From Octopus sinensis (lineage: Eukaryota): a stretch of 64,000 bases of DNA. A model generated the notes under the pieces. The model saw only the letters and a program-made list of their open reading frames with translations, searched no databases and was not told the DNA's origin. Shown piece after piece: positions 1 through 13,287 of this stretch. The stretch lies in the NCBI RefSeq assembly GCF_006345805.1, contig NC_043000.1:128464001-128528000 (forward strand), read 5' to 3'. The translations under genes were made by a program, and so were the position numbers. How positions within the stretch are numbered: the first letter of the stretch is position 1; every line of letters begins with the position of its first letter.

Positions 1-420
1 CCATGTGCCTTCACACACATACATACACACACACACACACACAAATATGAGCACACACATCTAAACAAGATCACTTATAGGTTACAAAGAATAGTGAGGA
101 AAAAAGAAACATATTTTGCAAAATTTATGAACTGACATTCAGTCTCAATTATATGAAAAGAATGAATGGATATAAGAGAAACCAGTGCCAATCCATAACA
201 CACAAGCAGCTCATTTTTTCCCTGTAACATTTCAACAGCTAATTGTCAAATGACCATTGTAGCATGGAAAATTGGTTGTTAAAATGTTAATATTAATCCT
301 GTACATTTTTAGATATTTCTGTATATTTTTAGATATGTCTGTGAAAGTGTCTTGGCATTCATGAAGATAGATGATCTTTCTGAAAACTACCTGAGGCAGA
401 AGAATGTATTAGAATACTTG

Positions 421-585
421 GCTGTGTGGTTAAGAAGTTTGCTTTGAAACTATGCAGTTCTAGGTTCAGTTCCCATAGAACAGCATGTTGACAAAGTGAC
501 TTCTGGTATAACCCCAGGTCAAGCAATGCCTTGTGAGCAGAATACATTGACAGAAACTGAATAGATACCTGTCATGTATGTGTGT
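421..585 (+). mobile_element. Degenerate tRNA-derived SINE, 5' part
   Basis: GGCTGTGTGGTTAAGAAGTTTGC head, B-box-like GGTTCAGTTCC, then GCCTTGTGAG...GAAACTGAA. Related copies near 14900, 16150, 33280, 45864, 46670 and 63285. Confidence 0.7.
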
Positions 586-1344
586 GTCAGAGAGAGTAAG
601 AGAGAAAGAATGTGACTCTAAAATAGTTGTTTCTAATTTAGATACAAAGCTGGCGATTGTGCAGTATAAGACCATAGGAAGGGATGGACCCCTACTTTTA
701 ACCTAAGAGAACTCCAGAATCAAATGCCCACTCACTTGCATGTGACAATGTGGCACATGACCTCTGACTAAAAGTTCAATAGTCTCACTAAGGATAATAA
801 AACGCTAAAGAAAATAACACTGACAATAACATTAAAGTGGTGCCCTTACAGATGATTGCTTGTTAAACTACTAAGTCCATGACAGTTTCTGCATTCAGTC
901 TCATTTCCAGCCATCCTGACCATGTTGTGCTATTGGATCCAGAAGATTCAAGACGAGAGCATGTGGATGGCATTACACAACTTCTTCCTGCTCACGCAAA
1001 TCATAACTTAGGGCCTAAGTAGTGTAAACGTCTTGGAGCTACAAACAGATGGTAAATGTTTTGTTGAAGTGGTTGAAATATGAACATCTGCTAATGAAAT
1101 ACTGCTACTTCCATATTTTCTTCGCTAGTGAGGATACATGGAAAGTGAGGTATACATTATAGCAATCACAATTCTCCAATTATTTGAGCAGTTGCATCCT
1201 CCTTTGCAGTATCATGTGATCAACACAATTTACGATTATTAGAGCCAATGTGTCCATTAATTTCTAAGGCAGTAGGATGTGATTTCAATGACATTTGGTT
1301 GCTGTTTCTTGCAGATGAGCAAGAAACCTGCAAGAGACTCTTTC

Positions 1345-1440
1345 AATATCAACCTGCCTGGGACTTCCCCCTATTTCTATGATACAAACTTCCTGTATTA
1401 AAGTGATCTAAATTAAGCCCTTTCACCAAAATTTACATCG
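1345..1440. mobile_element. Fragment of the TTAA-type MITE family seen at 11522-11941, lacking the nested insertion
   Basis: CAACCTGCCTGGGAC...TTCTATGATACAAACTTCCTGTA-TTAA-AGTGATCT aligns across the inner-MITE insertion point of the 11.5 kb copy. Single TTAA at 1398-1401. Confidence 0.65.
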
Positions 1441-2614
1441 CAAGCACCTTTTTAATAATGACTGTTATTGTGCTGAATTTGTTATATTTGTCAAAGGCAG
1501 TATGTTTCAACAGAAATATATGTACATATGTCTGTGGAATACTGAGTCACCTACATTTTAATTTATCCAACAAGTGATATCAAACTGAATGCTCATCATT
1601 GAAGCTAGTGGTGGGTTCTGTCATCATGTGTATCAGCATCTATGTCTATGTTTAGGCTTAATAGTTTCAATTATTGGTGTTGTGTCAATAGTGTAATCAC
1701 AGTGATTTGTTAAATATAGAGTAATTAAATAAGTACAAGACTGAAATAAGTACCAGGTTTGATATGATTGACTAAAACCTTTTGAAGATGGCACTTCGAG
1801 ACAGAGAGTATAGAGGACTGTTGTATGAAAGTGAAACAATATCAGAAAAGGTATAGTTGGAACTTTCTCAAGACAAACCACTTTTTTTGCCTTTACAAAC
1901 TCATTGTATGTATATTTTGGTGGTAGTGGTGGTCATGGTAAACTTAGGGTTCCCAAGCCCATTATCACTTCTGCTGCTGCTGCCACTACCAAACAGTAAT
2001 GATTTCTAATACAGACACAAGGTCACAGGCTTTAGGAGAAGGTTGGGTCAATGAAAGTGACCTCAGAATATACCAGTAGCATAGCTATACCAATGGCATA
2101 GCAAAGGTTCTGGGACAAAGTCACTTTTGGAGCCTAACCTCATCTCACCAACTTAACAGACATAACAAGCAGAGAAAACTGTGCCCCTTTACATCTGCAT
2201 GAGGAAGAGGGTGGGGGTCTGCTTCCCCTCCCACTACATTCTCCCTCTCTTGCTATACCTTTGGGAAATATACACAACAAGGTTACATTAGTGATGAATT
2301 AAGTAGAAATCTCAGACCTACCAATGTAATAATAATGACCTAATAATCTGTTAGTTTGAGGTATTATCTGTTCCTTTCTATGAAATTGTAAAGTACAAAG
2401 AAAAATACACACATACACACACTTTGATATAAGTATTATCAGAGGTACTTGTCATGCCGTGATGTTACGTTCAAGAGAGTTGATCAATGGATAATGGTAT
2501 TCGCATTCTTACATAAAGACATATAACCAAAAGAAAACAGAGAACTTCTCAGCACAAAGCAGTATATTGGCGGCATTCATTTTATCAATTACATCATAAT
2601 GAAAACGGTGTTGC

Positions 2615-3080
2615 TGTTGTTGTATAACCCCAGGTTAGCAATGATTGAACAATTCTATGATGAAAGTCTTTCCAACAGTGATAACCACAACTTTAATTTT
2701 GACATAATCGATACATTATCCAATCTGTCCATCTTTTTTGCTAGATGCTAAGGTCATATGTGAAAGGGATTTGGCTGTTATTTCTTGCAGGCCCAAATTG
2801 CTGTCATGGTTGTTGTCAAGTCCCAGATAAGCTTTCACTGAGAAGATGTATGATGAAAGGTGTTCCAGTTGTGCCCATCATGCCTTTTTAGAAGTATATA
2901 GGATTATATTATGTAATGTCTTTTCCTTCTTTCAGATGATACAGTATAATTTGAAGGAGATTTGGCTGCCATTTCTAACTACATGGGCTTCCTTATTGGT
3001 TCATGGTGTTGACTTACCATAGGTCAACCATGACTGAACATACCTATGACCAATGGTGTTCCAGCTATGGCCATCTTGAT
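2615..3080 (+). repeat. Cluster of an abundant unclassified dispersed repeat (GGCTGCTATTTCTAGCA family)
   Basis: Recurring AACCCCAGGTCA...ATGATCAAAGG...TTCCAGC and GATTTGGCTGCTATTTCTAGCAGG motifs. Further copies near 7440, 13390, 18190, 18950, 20100, 27000, 32040, 45270, 50770, 51890 and 61770 on both strands. Confidence 0.7.
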
Positions 3081-3937
3081 TTTTATTCAGACATATATCC
3101 CATACTACAATATATTGCCCTCTATTTGTACTCAAGATAATGTATATAAAGACAAGGTGTTTACATCAGTCTATACAGTGTTGGTTGTGTTCTATGGTTA
3201 CTTACACATATATGTATATATATATAATTTTTCATTTTTTATTTCATTTTGCTTTTACATCCATTTCACCATGTAGCATCATATGTTAGACAAGCGTGTT
3301 ACTGAGGCATTATTTTATAACTGGATGCCTTTTCTGTTTCTCAAGTAAGGAATATCTTCAGAAATGCCAACAACAACATTGTGTGTCATACAAGCAAATG
3401 TAGATGAAAACAAACACGCACGTGTACAGAAGTACATGTATCATACACACACACACACATGACAGGGTACTTTTCAGTTTCTGCTTACCAAGTTCACTCA
3501 CAAAGCATTGCTCAACCTAGGGCTGTAGCAGAAGACACTTACCCAAGTCTCTATTCAGTGAGACTAAATCCAAATATTTCTTGACTGCAAAGTGAACTTA
3601 ATCATACAGCCATATTTGCACAATATGTATCCCTCTGTTCAATCGTTTTACATGTGTTAGACAGATATAAATGCACATATCACAAGGTTTTATTGCATGC
3701 AAAATTCCAAGACCTTAGTCTATCTTAATATTCCAGATACAAAGAATTAATGTAGTTCTGTTCTAGTTTGTGTGTAGCATAAAACAGGTTCTACACCTGT
3801 TTTGCAGTTGAGTAATTATCCATAGGGAGGACATCCAGATGTGATAACAATAGTTCCAACATACAAAACCATGAAATAAACAAAAAGGAAACAATTCCAT
3901 CAATGCTAGTAAGGAAATGGTTGTAATTTACATACAT

Positions 3938-4003
<66 letters not shown>

Positions 4004-4004
<1 letters not shown>

Positions 4005-4215
4005 GTTTGCCAGCCTCGTCTGGCACCTGTGCCAGTGGCACATTAAAAGCACCCACTACACTCATGGAGTGGTTGGCGTTAGGAAGGGCATCCATCCGTA
4101 GAAACATTGCCAGATCAGACTGGGCCTGGTGCAGCCTTCTGGCTTCCCAGACCCCAGTTGAACAGTCAAATCCATGCTAGCATGGAAAGTGGACGCTAAA
4201 CGATGATGATGATGA
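4004..4215 (+). mobile_element. 3' tail of an RTE-type LINE or RTE-tailed SINE
   Basis: GGAGTGGTTGGCGTTAGGAAGGGCATCC...GCTAGCATGGAAAGTGGACGCTAAAC(GAT)n. The same tail is attached to an RTE ORF2 C-terminus at 44684-45098. Confidence 0.8.
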
Positions 4216-4269
4216 TATATATATATATAGATGCACATATATACACATAAAACTATCTATTTATCTATA

Positions 4270-4491
4270 CGAGGTGGGTGGGGATAAAAGTTCCTGGCTT
4301 TAAGGGTATTGTGAAAGGCCTGGTTGGAAGCCCAACCATCTGAGTTCTTTTACAGGATTTAGAAAAACTGAAGGACCTCTAAAATAACTGTGTAAATCTG
4401 ATAGAGGAATATGTTGGATAAAATCGCATCTGACTGACCTTCCTGCATTTTGTTTTACCCAAAGCCACTAATTTTTCAGCACCCCCCCCCA
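4270..4491 (+). mobile_element. Internally deleted mariner-type element (MITE)
   Basis: Imperfect TIRs CGAGGTGGGTGGGGATAAAAGTTCCTGGCTTT / AAAGCCACTAATTTTTCAGCACCCCCCCCCA, flanked by TA. An internal remnant TGTGTAAATCTGATAGAGGAATATGTTGGATAA resembles a mariner transposase end (CV..RGEYVE*). Confidence 0.7.
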
Positions 4492-4612
4492 TATGTACTG
4501 AATTGTGATCATCTCGTCTGAAGATTGCAGTTTGTGAGGCAATAATTTCAACATATTTCAATATGTGTGCGTGTATTTCTATATATGCATATATATATAT
4601 ATATATATATAT

Positions 4613-4968
4613 ACTAGCAGTATCGCCCGGCGTTGCTCGGGTTTGTAAGGGAAATAACTATAAAGCATTTTTAGAGAGTTATAGCCAAAAAATGGAAAAA
4701 AAATTATGGTAAATTTTTTTTAGTTAAAAAGGTCGAGTTGCGTCCCCTAGACAGTCTGTGGTTTGTGTTTCTGATTCTCGACCCCATGTCGAATTTATCG
4801 ATTTTTTTCAGAACTGGGGGAACTTTTCAAAATTTTCGCTGCGTTAGTTTTGAATTATGACATTGGGCTATGTGTGTGTTAAGTTTCATCAGAATCGGTT
4901 GAAAGCCGTGGTCAGGGTGAGGGTACAACCTAACAGACACACAGACAAACTGCCGTTTATATATAGAG

Positions 4969-4970
<2 letters not shown>
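4613..4970 (+). mobile_element. Non-autonomous Helitron/Helentron (HINE/DINE-1-like), young, inserted in (TA)n
   Basis: Starts ACTAGCAGTATCGCCCGGCGTTGCTCGGG (subterminal palindrome) and ends ACAGACAAACTGCCGTTTATATATAGAGAT, the typical HINE layout. CpGs are intact. Confidence 0.7.
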
Positions 4971-5065
<95 letters not shown>

Positions 5066-5151
5066 TATATATATATATATCTTGGCTGCTATTTCTACAA
5101 AGTTCAGTATGTGGCAAAGTAATTTATTTTACTAAGCCCTAATTATATATA

Positions 5152-5204
<53 letters not shown>

Positions 5205-5207
5205 TAT

Positions 5208-5276
<69 letters not shown>

Positions 5277-5282
5277 ACCTAT

Positions 5283-5358
<76 letters not shown>

Positions 5359-5380
5359 GTATGTACACACACACACACAC
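4965..5380. repeat. Long compound (TA)n/(CA)n microsatellite
   Basis: Seen directly; explains the YIYI-type ORFs at 4827-5484. Confidence 0.95.
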
Positions 5381-5781
5381 AGTAGTAACACTGTCAGTTT
5401 CGATGAAGCTTGTTCTATAGATATATAAACATTCATACACGCATTACACATAATGCGAATGCGTGCACGCTCGTACGCGTGCATGAAGAAAAGAAACGTA
5501 AACTCTGAGTAGCGGACGAGTCATTTCTTAGCTCAAGCAAAATGTAGAAAAGCAAAGTAACTGTAGGCATTGTTTTTTCTCACTTGTAAATCTAAACGCG
5601 CACACGCGCGCAAACACATAATTACGAACATATGCATATGAATAGATTTCACGCACGCTCGTGCATTGGTATATAATTAATATTTACCTGACGTAGCCAT
5701 AACGGCATAAACATACACTTATCACTGGCACATATACAAGTATATACACACATTCCTAACGCTTTTTACACGCACACACAG

Positions 5782-5824
<43 letters not shown>

Positions 5825-5924
5825 TCATTTAAATGGTTTCCATTCAGAAGCAGCATTCGCTGTTTGTTAACCCAACAGCTGTCTTATACACTCAAAGTAA
5901 AGACCATTCACTTGTGCCAGGAAT

Positions 5925-6582
5925 ACCAGCAACTACTACTACTACTACTACTAGCACCACTACCGTTGTTATAATCACCAACCTTTTTACAACATTGCAA
6001 CTGTTGCTTCTGCTAGAGTTGCCACTAAACCCCCACCAACAAGAACTGCAACACAGTTAAATACCACCACCACCACCACTGCCACCACCGCCAATACTAC
6101 TACTACTACTACTACTCACTCGTTCTTCTGTTCTTGTTTGCTGCCACTGATGCATTCAGGACAGTCGCTGGAATCTCCAACACCACTCTCACCCTCACCA
6201 TCCCCGCCACACTGTTACCTTCACATTCTTCAACACCATCGCCATCGTCAACCTTAAACACCACCACCACTACCACTACTACAGACGCTGCTGATGCCAC
6301 CACCATTAACCATTTCCACTTCCAACCACAAATAATTACCACCGACACAACAACCAACGCAAGCACGATCATCACTACCACCACCACTATTACTACTACT
6401 ACTACTGCTGCAGTCAACCCTATAACTACAACTTGTACCTCAACTACCACACCATTAAGAGCCACTACAGCCGCTGCGACAACCACCATACAACTACTAC
6501 CAATGCTGTTGCTTCTGCTACAATTAGCAGTGTACAATTACCATAGCCATACCGCTACAAACCACCACCACCACCACCACCA
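5925..6582. repeat. (ACT)n/(ACC)n low-complexity region
   Basis: Degenerate trinucleotide repeats that are stop-poor in several frames. Confidence 0.85.
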
Positions 6583-9458
6583 TACACGGTCAGCCAAGGC
6601 ATCATCTATCTACCACTCGCCATTTAAACGACACCCATTAATACAGAATTCAGAATGGTGAACTGATACTAATGGTAGCGGCGACAGTGATGGGGGAAAT
6701 AAAGTCGAGCGCAACAACAACAATTAGAAAACAGTCCGTTTAATTCACTTTTCTCTTCTTCCAGAGAGAGGAGAGAGAGAGAGAGGGAGAGAGCAAGAAG
6801 AAGGGGAGTAAGAGATTTATTGGCATGGCAACAGTATGGACAAACTACAAGCAATCAGCAGCAGCAGCTTCGATGATGTGCTGAAATGTGTGTATGCATC
6901 TATTTACACGCACACGCACAGACACACACACACACACACATATACAATAGCAAAAAGATATAGTTCTAGTAGAGCCACCTGTAGGTGCCGTTTTTGATTT
7001 AAGGAGAAATTGACTGCTATTTCTAGCAGGGCAAACCACCATGTAGAGGCTCCGCCGTATGCTGAAGTTGTGTATGTATGTTTGTTATATGAGTAAGAGA
7101 AGTCACACGATCACTTGTATTTTGATTTTAGTGTGGATGTGTGAACATGTGCAAAAGAGCGAATGGCTCCCTTTCACAAAGACTTCCATAGACACGACAT
7201 ATGTACACATTACACATGATGTGTGCGAGTGTTTATAAAGATAAAAGATAGATATACACACAAGTAAATGCAAATACATAATTATAGCTAGAACTCAGAA
7301 GTTAGAGTGACTCCAGGGCGTAGAGTTCATGCACTGGCACCTACCAAAAATAATGCACACAGTGCCAGTGAACGAAACTATCGGACCAGCTGGCCATTGT
7401 GATACGCATGTAGCACAAAAGCTTATGTTTAACCTCATATCAGTTCTGAGAAAGTAGACTTATGATCAAAAGTGTTCCAGCCCTGATCATCAAGTTCGAC
7501 TTTTTTTTTTTTTTTTTACCTACGACTATATTGACTAACGTATCCTTCTAATTTCTAAGACAGTTGAGTGTGATTTTTCAGAGAATTTCACTGCTATTTT
7601 TAGCAGATCGAACAGCTTAGCTGTGTATAGGCTCCCTCAGTTCGTGTGAGACAAGTTAACACGATTATAGCAATACCTCATGTATACATGTGTCACATGA
7701 TTAGCTGTATAAGTGCGTGAGCATGTGTGTATGTATGAACATGTGTCTGTGTATAATAATGTGTCTGGGTAAGTAAATAGATCACATGACCAGCTTGTGA
7801 ACCAGTCTCTCTCTCTCTCTCTCTCTCTGTCACATCACCAGGTTTATATTTGGTATGTGTGTGAATGAGAAAAAAAACCCCGACATGACTAGCTGCACAC
7901 CATGTGTACATATAGCACATGACTAACTCTGTATTAATGTGCGCGCGCGAGTGTGTGTGTGTGAGAGACAGACAGACAGACAGAGGTTTTATAAAAATGT
8001 AACATGTGCTTAATAAGTGTCAAGTAATTAGTTATTTGTTGCCATGTGTGTATATGCAGGAGGAAGAGATATGGAGAGGATACACAGACACACACACACA
8101 TATACATACATACACACACGTGTGGAGACAGACACAGAGAGGGAGAGAGAGAGAGAGCAAATACTGGAGAGGGTGTCACATGACCGGTTGCTCATTGTGA
8201 TATTTATATTTATTTCCATTTATTTATATTTACTGAGATGTGTGAAAGAGAAAAAGAGTGTGAGAGAGGTGGGGGTCAGAAGGAGATAGTAAGCAATAGA
8301 GAAGTCAATTTGTACATCATCTGTGTAGATTCACCAACAACATTACTGAATGTGTGTGTGTGTTTATGTATGTTCAAGTATCTGCAAGGATCACAAGAGG
8401 CTTGAACTAGTAACTAAATAATAGGTACGATGATTTATTGGATGATGGCTAGATGTTTTGAATACCATCACCTGTACTGTCTTCACGTCTTCATGGCTAC
8501 TCTTGACTTCTTGCTGGCTCTATCTATATTACAGTATATAGATTCTATGAAGAGGTTGGTAGTTCATTGCTGTAATGTTAATGTGTGTGTGTGTGATTAT
8601 GTGAATGAATGTGTGAATGAGTGCATGTTTGTAAATAAATGTGTGAATGACTGTGTTTGTGAATGAATATGACTTTGTGAATGAGCATGTGTGTGTATGA
8701 ATGAGTATGTGTAAGTGTCAGAGTGTGTTGAATGAGTTCGCGAGCACGAACGTGTGTGAGAATGTATATGAATATATTTACTTCTATGTCAGCATATGTG
8801 CATATATGTTGGTGATCTGAGGAAGATTTAGCTGCTATTTCTACGAGGTCAAGATCCTGCATTGGCTTAATTCAATGTTGCAAGTGTAATTCAGGTAAAT
8901 ATAGATGTTTGCTTAAGCACAAAGGAGTTTTTAAAGGCCTGGCTTTTATCCTTGGCTTCTGGAGATAACCAATTTAGCAGATGTGACATAGATTCCTATG
9001 TCAGTGGAATGTTAAAGAACACATCACCAAAATTACACATAACCAACTCTGACAGCCATGAGCCTCTATGCAGTTACTTGATCAGCTAGAAGTAACTTCA
9101 AAATTCCTTCAAATCAACCCCAGTCATCTTAGAAATGGACATATTAAATAATATGATCCTAAGTTTTCTTGCAAGTAAAAAAAGATGGGATGGTCATGGT
9201 TAGAATGCTTTGGCTCATAGTTCAGCTGGGTTTGAGGAGGCCTGAAGCTAAACAAAAACAACAATAATATAAGCATCTATGTGATCGTTTGACTTGCAAG
9301 AAAGAGTAGCCAAATATCCTTCAAAGTGCAATTTATTGTATTAGAAGAGAAAGATACATTGAATATGATGTGGGGTTTAACAAAACTAGGATAAGGGCAA
9401 CAAGCACTCACCAACTCTATACCACATTTATTGACATTAATATTTATCGCTATTAAGA

Positions 9459-9688
9459 GGGCAAGCTGGCAGAGTTGTGAGCACACTGGGCAAAATACTT
9501 AACAGCATTTTGTCTATCTTTACGTTCTGAGTTCAAATTCAGCTGAGGTCGACTTTACCTTTCTTCCTTTTGAGGTTGATAAAATGAATATCAGTTGAAC
9601 GCTAGGGTCAATGTAATGGATTTACCCACCTCTCCTGAACTTTCTGGCCTTGCACCAAAATTTGAAATCAATATTTTTATTATTATTA
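9459..9688 (+). mobile_element. tRNA-headed Nin-domain-type SINE, CpG-decayed
   Basis: GCTGGCAGAG...GAGTTCAAATTCAGCTGAGGTCGACTTTACCTTTCTTCCTTTTGAGGTTGATAAAATG...GGCCTTGCACC with a (TAT)n tail. Confidence 0.8.
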
Positions 9689-11521
9689 CCCACATTGTCA
9701 ACACATGATCACCACAGTGCTGCCTGCTGCAACAAGAACTATGAGCATGACCACAACAACGATGCCGACTACCACCACCACCACTACCACCTCCTTCTCT
9801 AACAATACACTTTTTTTATTGCAATTTTCAATGCATGTTTTCTTTCATCATTAGTTTCATAAAAGTCAAGCTGACTGAAGAGTATAGTTAATGTCTCTGT
9901 AAACATCAAGTCCAAGCCACAGCCAACCCATACTTATATTCACAACCACAGCTACATGGGATGGAATACACACAGCTCTTGGTCATGATCTCTTTTGACA
10001 GTAGTTTTGTTCAAAAGATATGTCCCTGAAGGGTAGTATACCTACTTTTGAATTTTGATATTATATGGACCACAGATTTCCAGAATTTTTCTTCCAGAGT
10101 TTTTCTCCAACATAGCTCTTATTGAAGATAGACAGAACTTGGTAGCTTTCTGGTTAACATTTTAAACCCTTACAGTCCTGTTTTCAGAAGCTGATATTAT
10201 ATGCTTGGAAAGGTAGCTGTTGCAGTTAAGGGTCTTTCTAATCTTGATTATTTCTTATTAGTATGTGTCAGGGTCACTGCTTCTGAACATGTTTATAGCT
10301 GTAAATAGCAGAAGTTCCCTTTCTTAACATACCAACTTGTAGTAGTATAAGTAGTAGCAGGAACAGCTGCCAACCCAGCATCATTGTTGTTAAGAGGTTC
10401 TATAAGTAAGGCCAAGTGGAAGTTCTTATTTTAACTTCAAAAATAAATTAAATGGGAGTGGAGGGGGGAAATAAAAAAGAAACAAACTCTCAACAAATAA
10501 AAAATAAAGTAAAAAAAAAGAATACCTAAGTCTAGAACATTTGCATTATTAATGCCTCGTTGCTGCTATCCAACAACAGATCTCTGAGTATGCCAAATTT
10601 TAAGTACCTGTTCTGAAATTAAAGAAAGAGCAACACCACTATTGCTTTCACCAGCACACTCAACATGACCATCACCAAAAGTATATGAAACTAGAAGAGG
10701 TATAAGTATAATATATTAATATATATGTTGCATGTGTGTATGTATGTATATATATACAGATTAAGAGTGTGTGTATGTATATATTAGACAAATTCCCCAC
10801 TTTTCATCTTTCTGCTTTGCTGGCAGGAAATGGATTATTTTACAGCAGAAAATCTTTGGGGAATTAAATTATTTGGTTTCCTTTGCTCACCATACACAAT
10901 ACATGTATGTATACATGCATATATTTTATTTATTTGCATATTTCCACAAATACACACACATACAAGTATACACAGATCCATCTAACCATCTATCCATCAA
11001 TCTATGCTACTCTCTTTCAACACCACCTCTACCACCACCAGCACTCAATATCTTCTCTTACTAATCTTAATCAGTGTTTTCACTGCCATCTGCAGACTAT
11101 GGCTTTTATTTAGCATCTAAGTATTGCTTTCTAATCCAAGGAAACTTTTATATTCAGAGTTAGTTGCTGCTTTAATGGTGATGATGATGAAGGTAATATG
11201 GCAGAGATGGTGGTGGAGCCAGTAGTGATGGTCGTAGTTGTTTGCTTGTGTGATAAACAGTGAAGTAGTGATGGTAGCAGTAGTGATTGTGATGATATTG
11301 CTTGTATGTTTCAAGCTGTGGTATTGGACAAGTTTATAGATCTCCAGTACAAATTCACTATGGTCATTCCATTACAGTACCCTTCCCTTAACAAGCATAT
11401 CTCATTATGAACCATATCATCTGAGATTGTTAATTAAGACAGACTAAGATCCTAGCCAGAAGTAGTTTTATATATCTCATAGTCACATGCAGCAACATCA
11501 GGGCTAAGTAACACTCGTTAA

Positions 11522-11941
11522 CTCTTTTTGTGTCAACCAGCCTGAGACTGCTCCTGTTCTATGATACAAACTACCTGCTTTAACCCTTTAGCATTCAAAC
11601 CGGCCGTATCTGGCCAAAATATTTAACCTGTTTTATATTGAAACTGACCAGATCTCACCTCTCACCTCAGCCCTACCGTGACATTCTAAAACTAAAAAAT
11701 TACATCACTGAAATCTCTAAATTACAAGATAATGCAGGATTAATTTAAACCATTTTAAATAAACAAACATCACATTTGACAGAATAATCTGAACACTAAA
11801 GGGTTAAAGAGATCTGGATGAAAAGTCTCCATCAAAATTTCATGTAAATTTATGTTTCAAACACCAGCTTAGTAATGACAAATTTATTTTACTAAATCCT
11901 TCATTATTTTCAAAATTAAAACGAAAGTAGTAACAAATGGG
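11522..11941. mobile_element. Outer TTAA-flanked (piggyBac-type) MITE
   Basis: TTAA at 11518-11521 and 11942-11945, degenerate ends CTCTTTTTG.../...GTAACAAATGGG, and homology to 1345-1440. Confidence 0.55.
11584..11803. mobile_element. Inner piggyBac-type MITE nested in the outer MITE
   Basis: TTAA-CCCTTTAGCATTCA...TGAACACTAAAGGG-TTAA: 14-nt TIRs with 2 mismatches and TTAA TSDs at 11580-11583 and 11804-11807. Confidence 0.85.
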
Positions 11942-12439
11942 TTAAAAGAAATTTGGAGAAAAATGAGATTTATAAGATTTTGAATTTGTTTTACAAGATA
12001 TAAAATAACTTATAGAAGTTAAACATTCAAGGACACTCACTACATAAGAAATTAAGTTCAGTGTTAAATTTATTATCTTCAAGTAGCTGTAACCAAGTTG
12101 TGTTTCACAATGCTACACCAGGAATCTCCCATTAGCTTTGGTAGGTCCCTAGTTTCATGTTGTATGTCCCTACCAATAACATCAATGTAGGTGGGTGATC
12201 TTTGTCCTCTATTAAGATGCAGAAGCCTCCAAAATGTAACATCTGATATGGCCCCTTGTTCAACATGATAGCAGTGGTCAGTATTGGGTAACAGTAGAAG
12301 AGATGGGTCTTAAAATGTTCATAAATCTGCTTTTTGGTCTGGGTCAAAATGAATATTTAATGTAGGGAATATCAAAATAATTACGTGTTGAGGAAAAGAC
12401 AGCATATTTTAATTTTTTAATGATACCAGCAGGACAGTT

Positions 12440-12485
12440 TTAGATTGAAGATCTAAGGCTCTTGGTTCAATCTTGGGCTTCCACA
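12440..12485 (+). pseudogene. Degenerate tRNA-Phe(GAA)-derived fragment (anticodon arm to 3' end)
   Basis: TTAGATTGAAGATCTAAGGCTCTTGGTTCAATCTTGGGCTTCCACA resembles eukaryotic tRNA-Phe TTAGACTGAAGATCTAAAGGTCCCTGGTTCGATCCCGGGTTTCGGCA. The 5' part is not recognisable. Confidence 0.5.
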
Positions 12486-13255
12486 TTCAGAGGCTGCTAC
12501 AGTTTCTTTCAACAGCAGTGTCCAGTTATTAGCACATCACAGTTCATAGGTCAAAATAGGAAAAAAAAAAAAAACAGCAAAAGTTTTGAAAGGCAACTCT
12601 GGATAATGTTTCTATTTTATTAGACCTCCTCAGTAAAATCTGAAGTGCTGGAATCAACCTTTGGGACATCTACTAATGTGCAGTAGTAGATCAGCTTGAA
12701 TAAAGCAGCTTAACCAAGACTACTTGATAAAAAACAACAACAACAACAACAGCTATTGACTTTGAAATGCTCCAAATGCAGGTTTTAGCATTAACAAATC
12801 AAGAACAAACAAATAAAACTGGCTATGTTCCAAAAAGGAATATGCAAGTGGACATTTTATATACATTTATTCAGTGTGTACATGTCTCCTGAAAGACACA
12901 CACCATAGTTGATAGTTGTTTGCATTGATTTTTTTTTTGTTTTCTGTTATAATCAACCAGAATGATACCAGGTACTACCACCACTAGCTAGTCCAGTGTT
13001 TCAAAGTCTAAATAGGAAATTGCTAAGCTTTCTTTCTTTCTACCACAAGTACAACCACCCTGACCACTGCCACTACCATCAATACCGCTCTGTTGCCATG
13101 GACAAAAATCACCACCTTCATCAACAAGAACAACACCATCACCATTATTGCATTTAACTACAAAACACTACTACTACTTGTATGTTCACTGCTATGAACA
13201 GCATCACAACTAGCAAAACAACTATTGCATTTCTGACATTACTGCTGCTACCACC

Positions 13256-13287
<32 letters not shown>

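Noticed and set aside
4827-5484. Several 79-108 aa ORFs (YIYI, CVCV and HTHT runs), and similar ones at 15.6, 21.2, 27.6-28.1, 45.0, 49.8 and 53.5 kb
   Set aside because: Translations of (TA)n/(CA)n/(TG)n microsatellites that lack stop codons.
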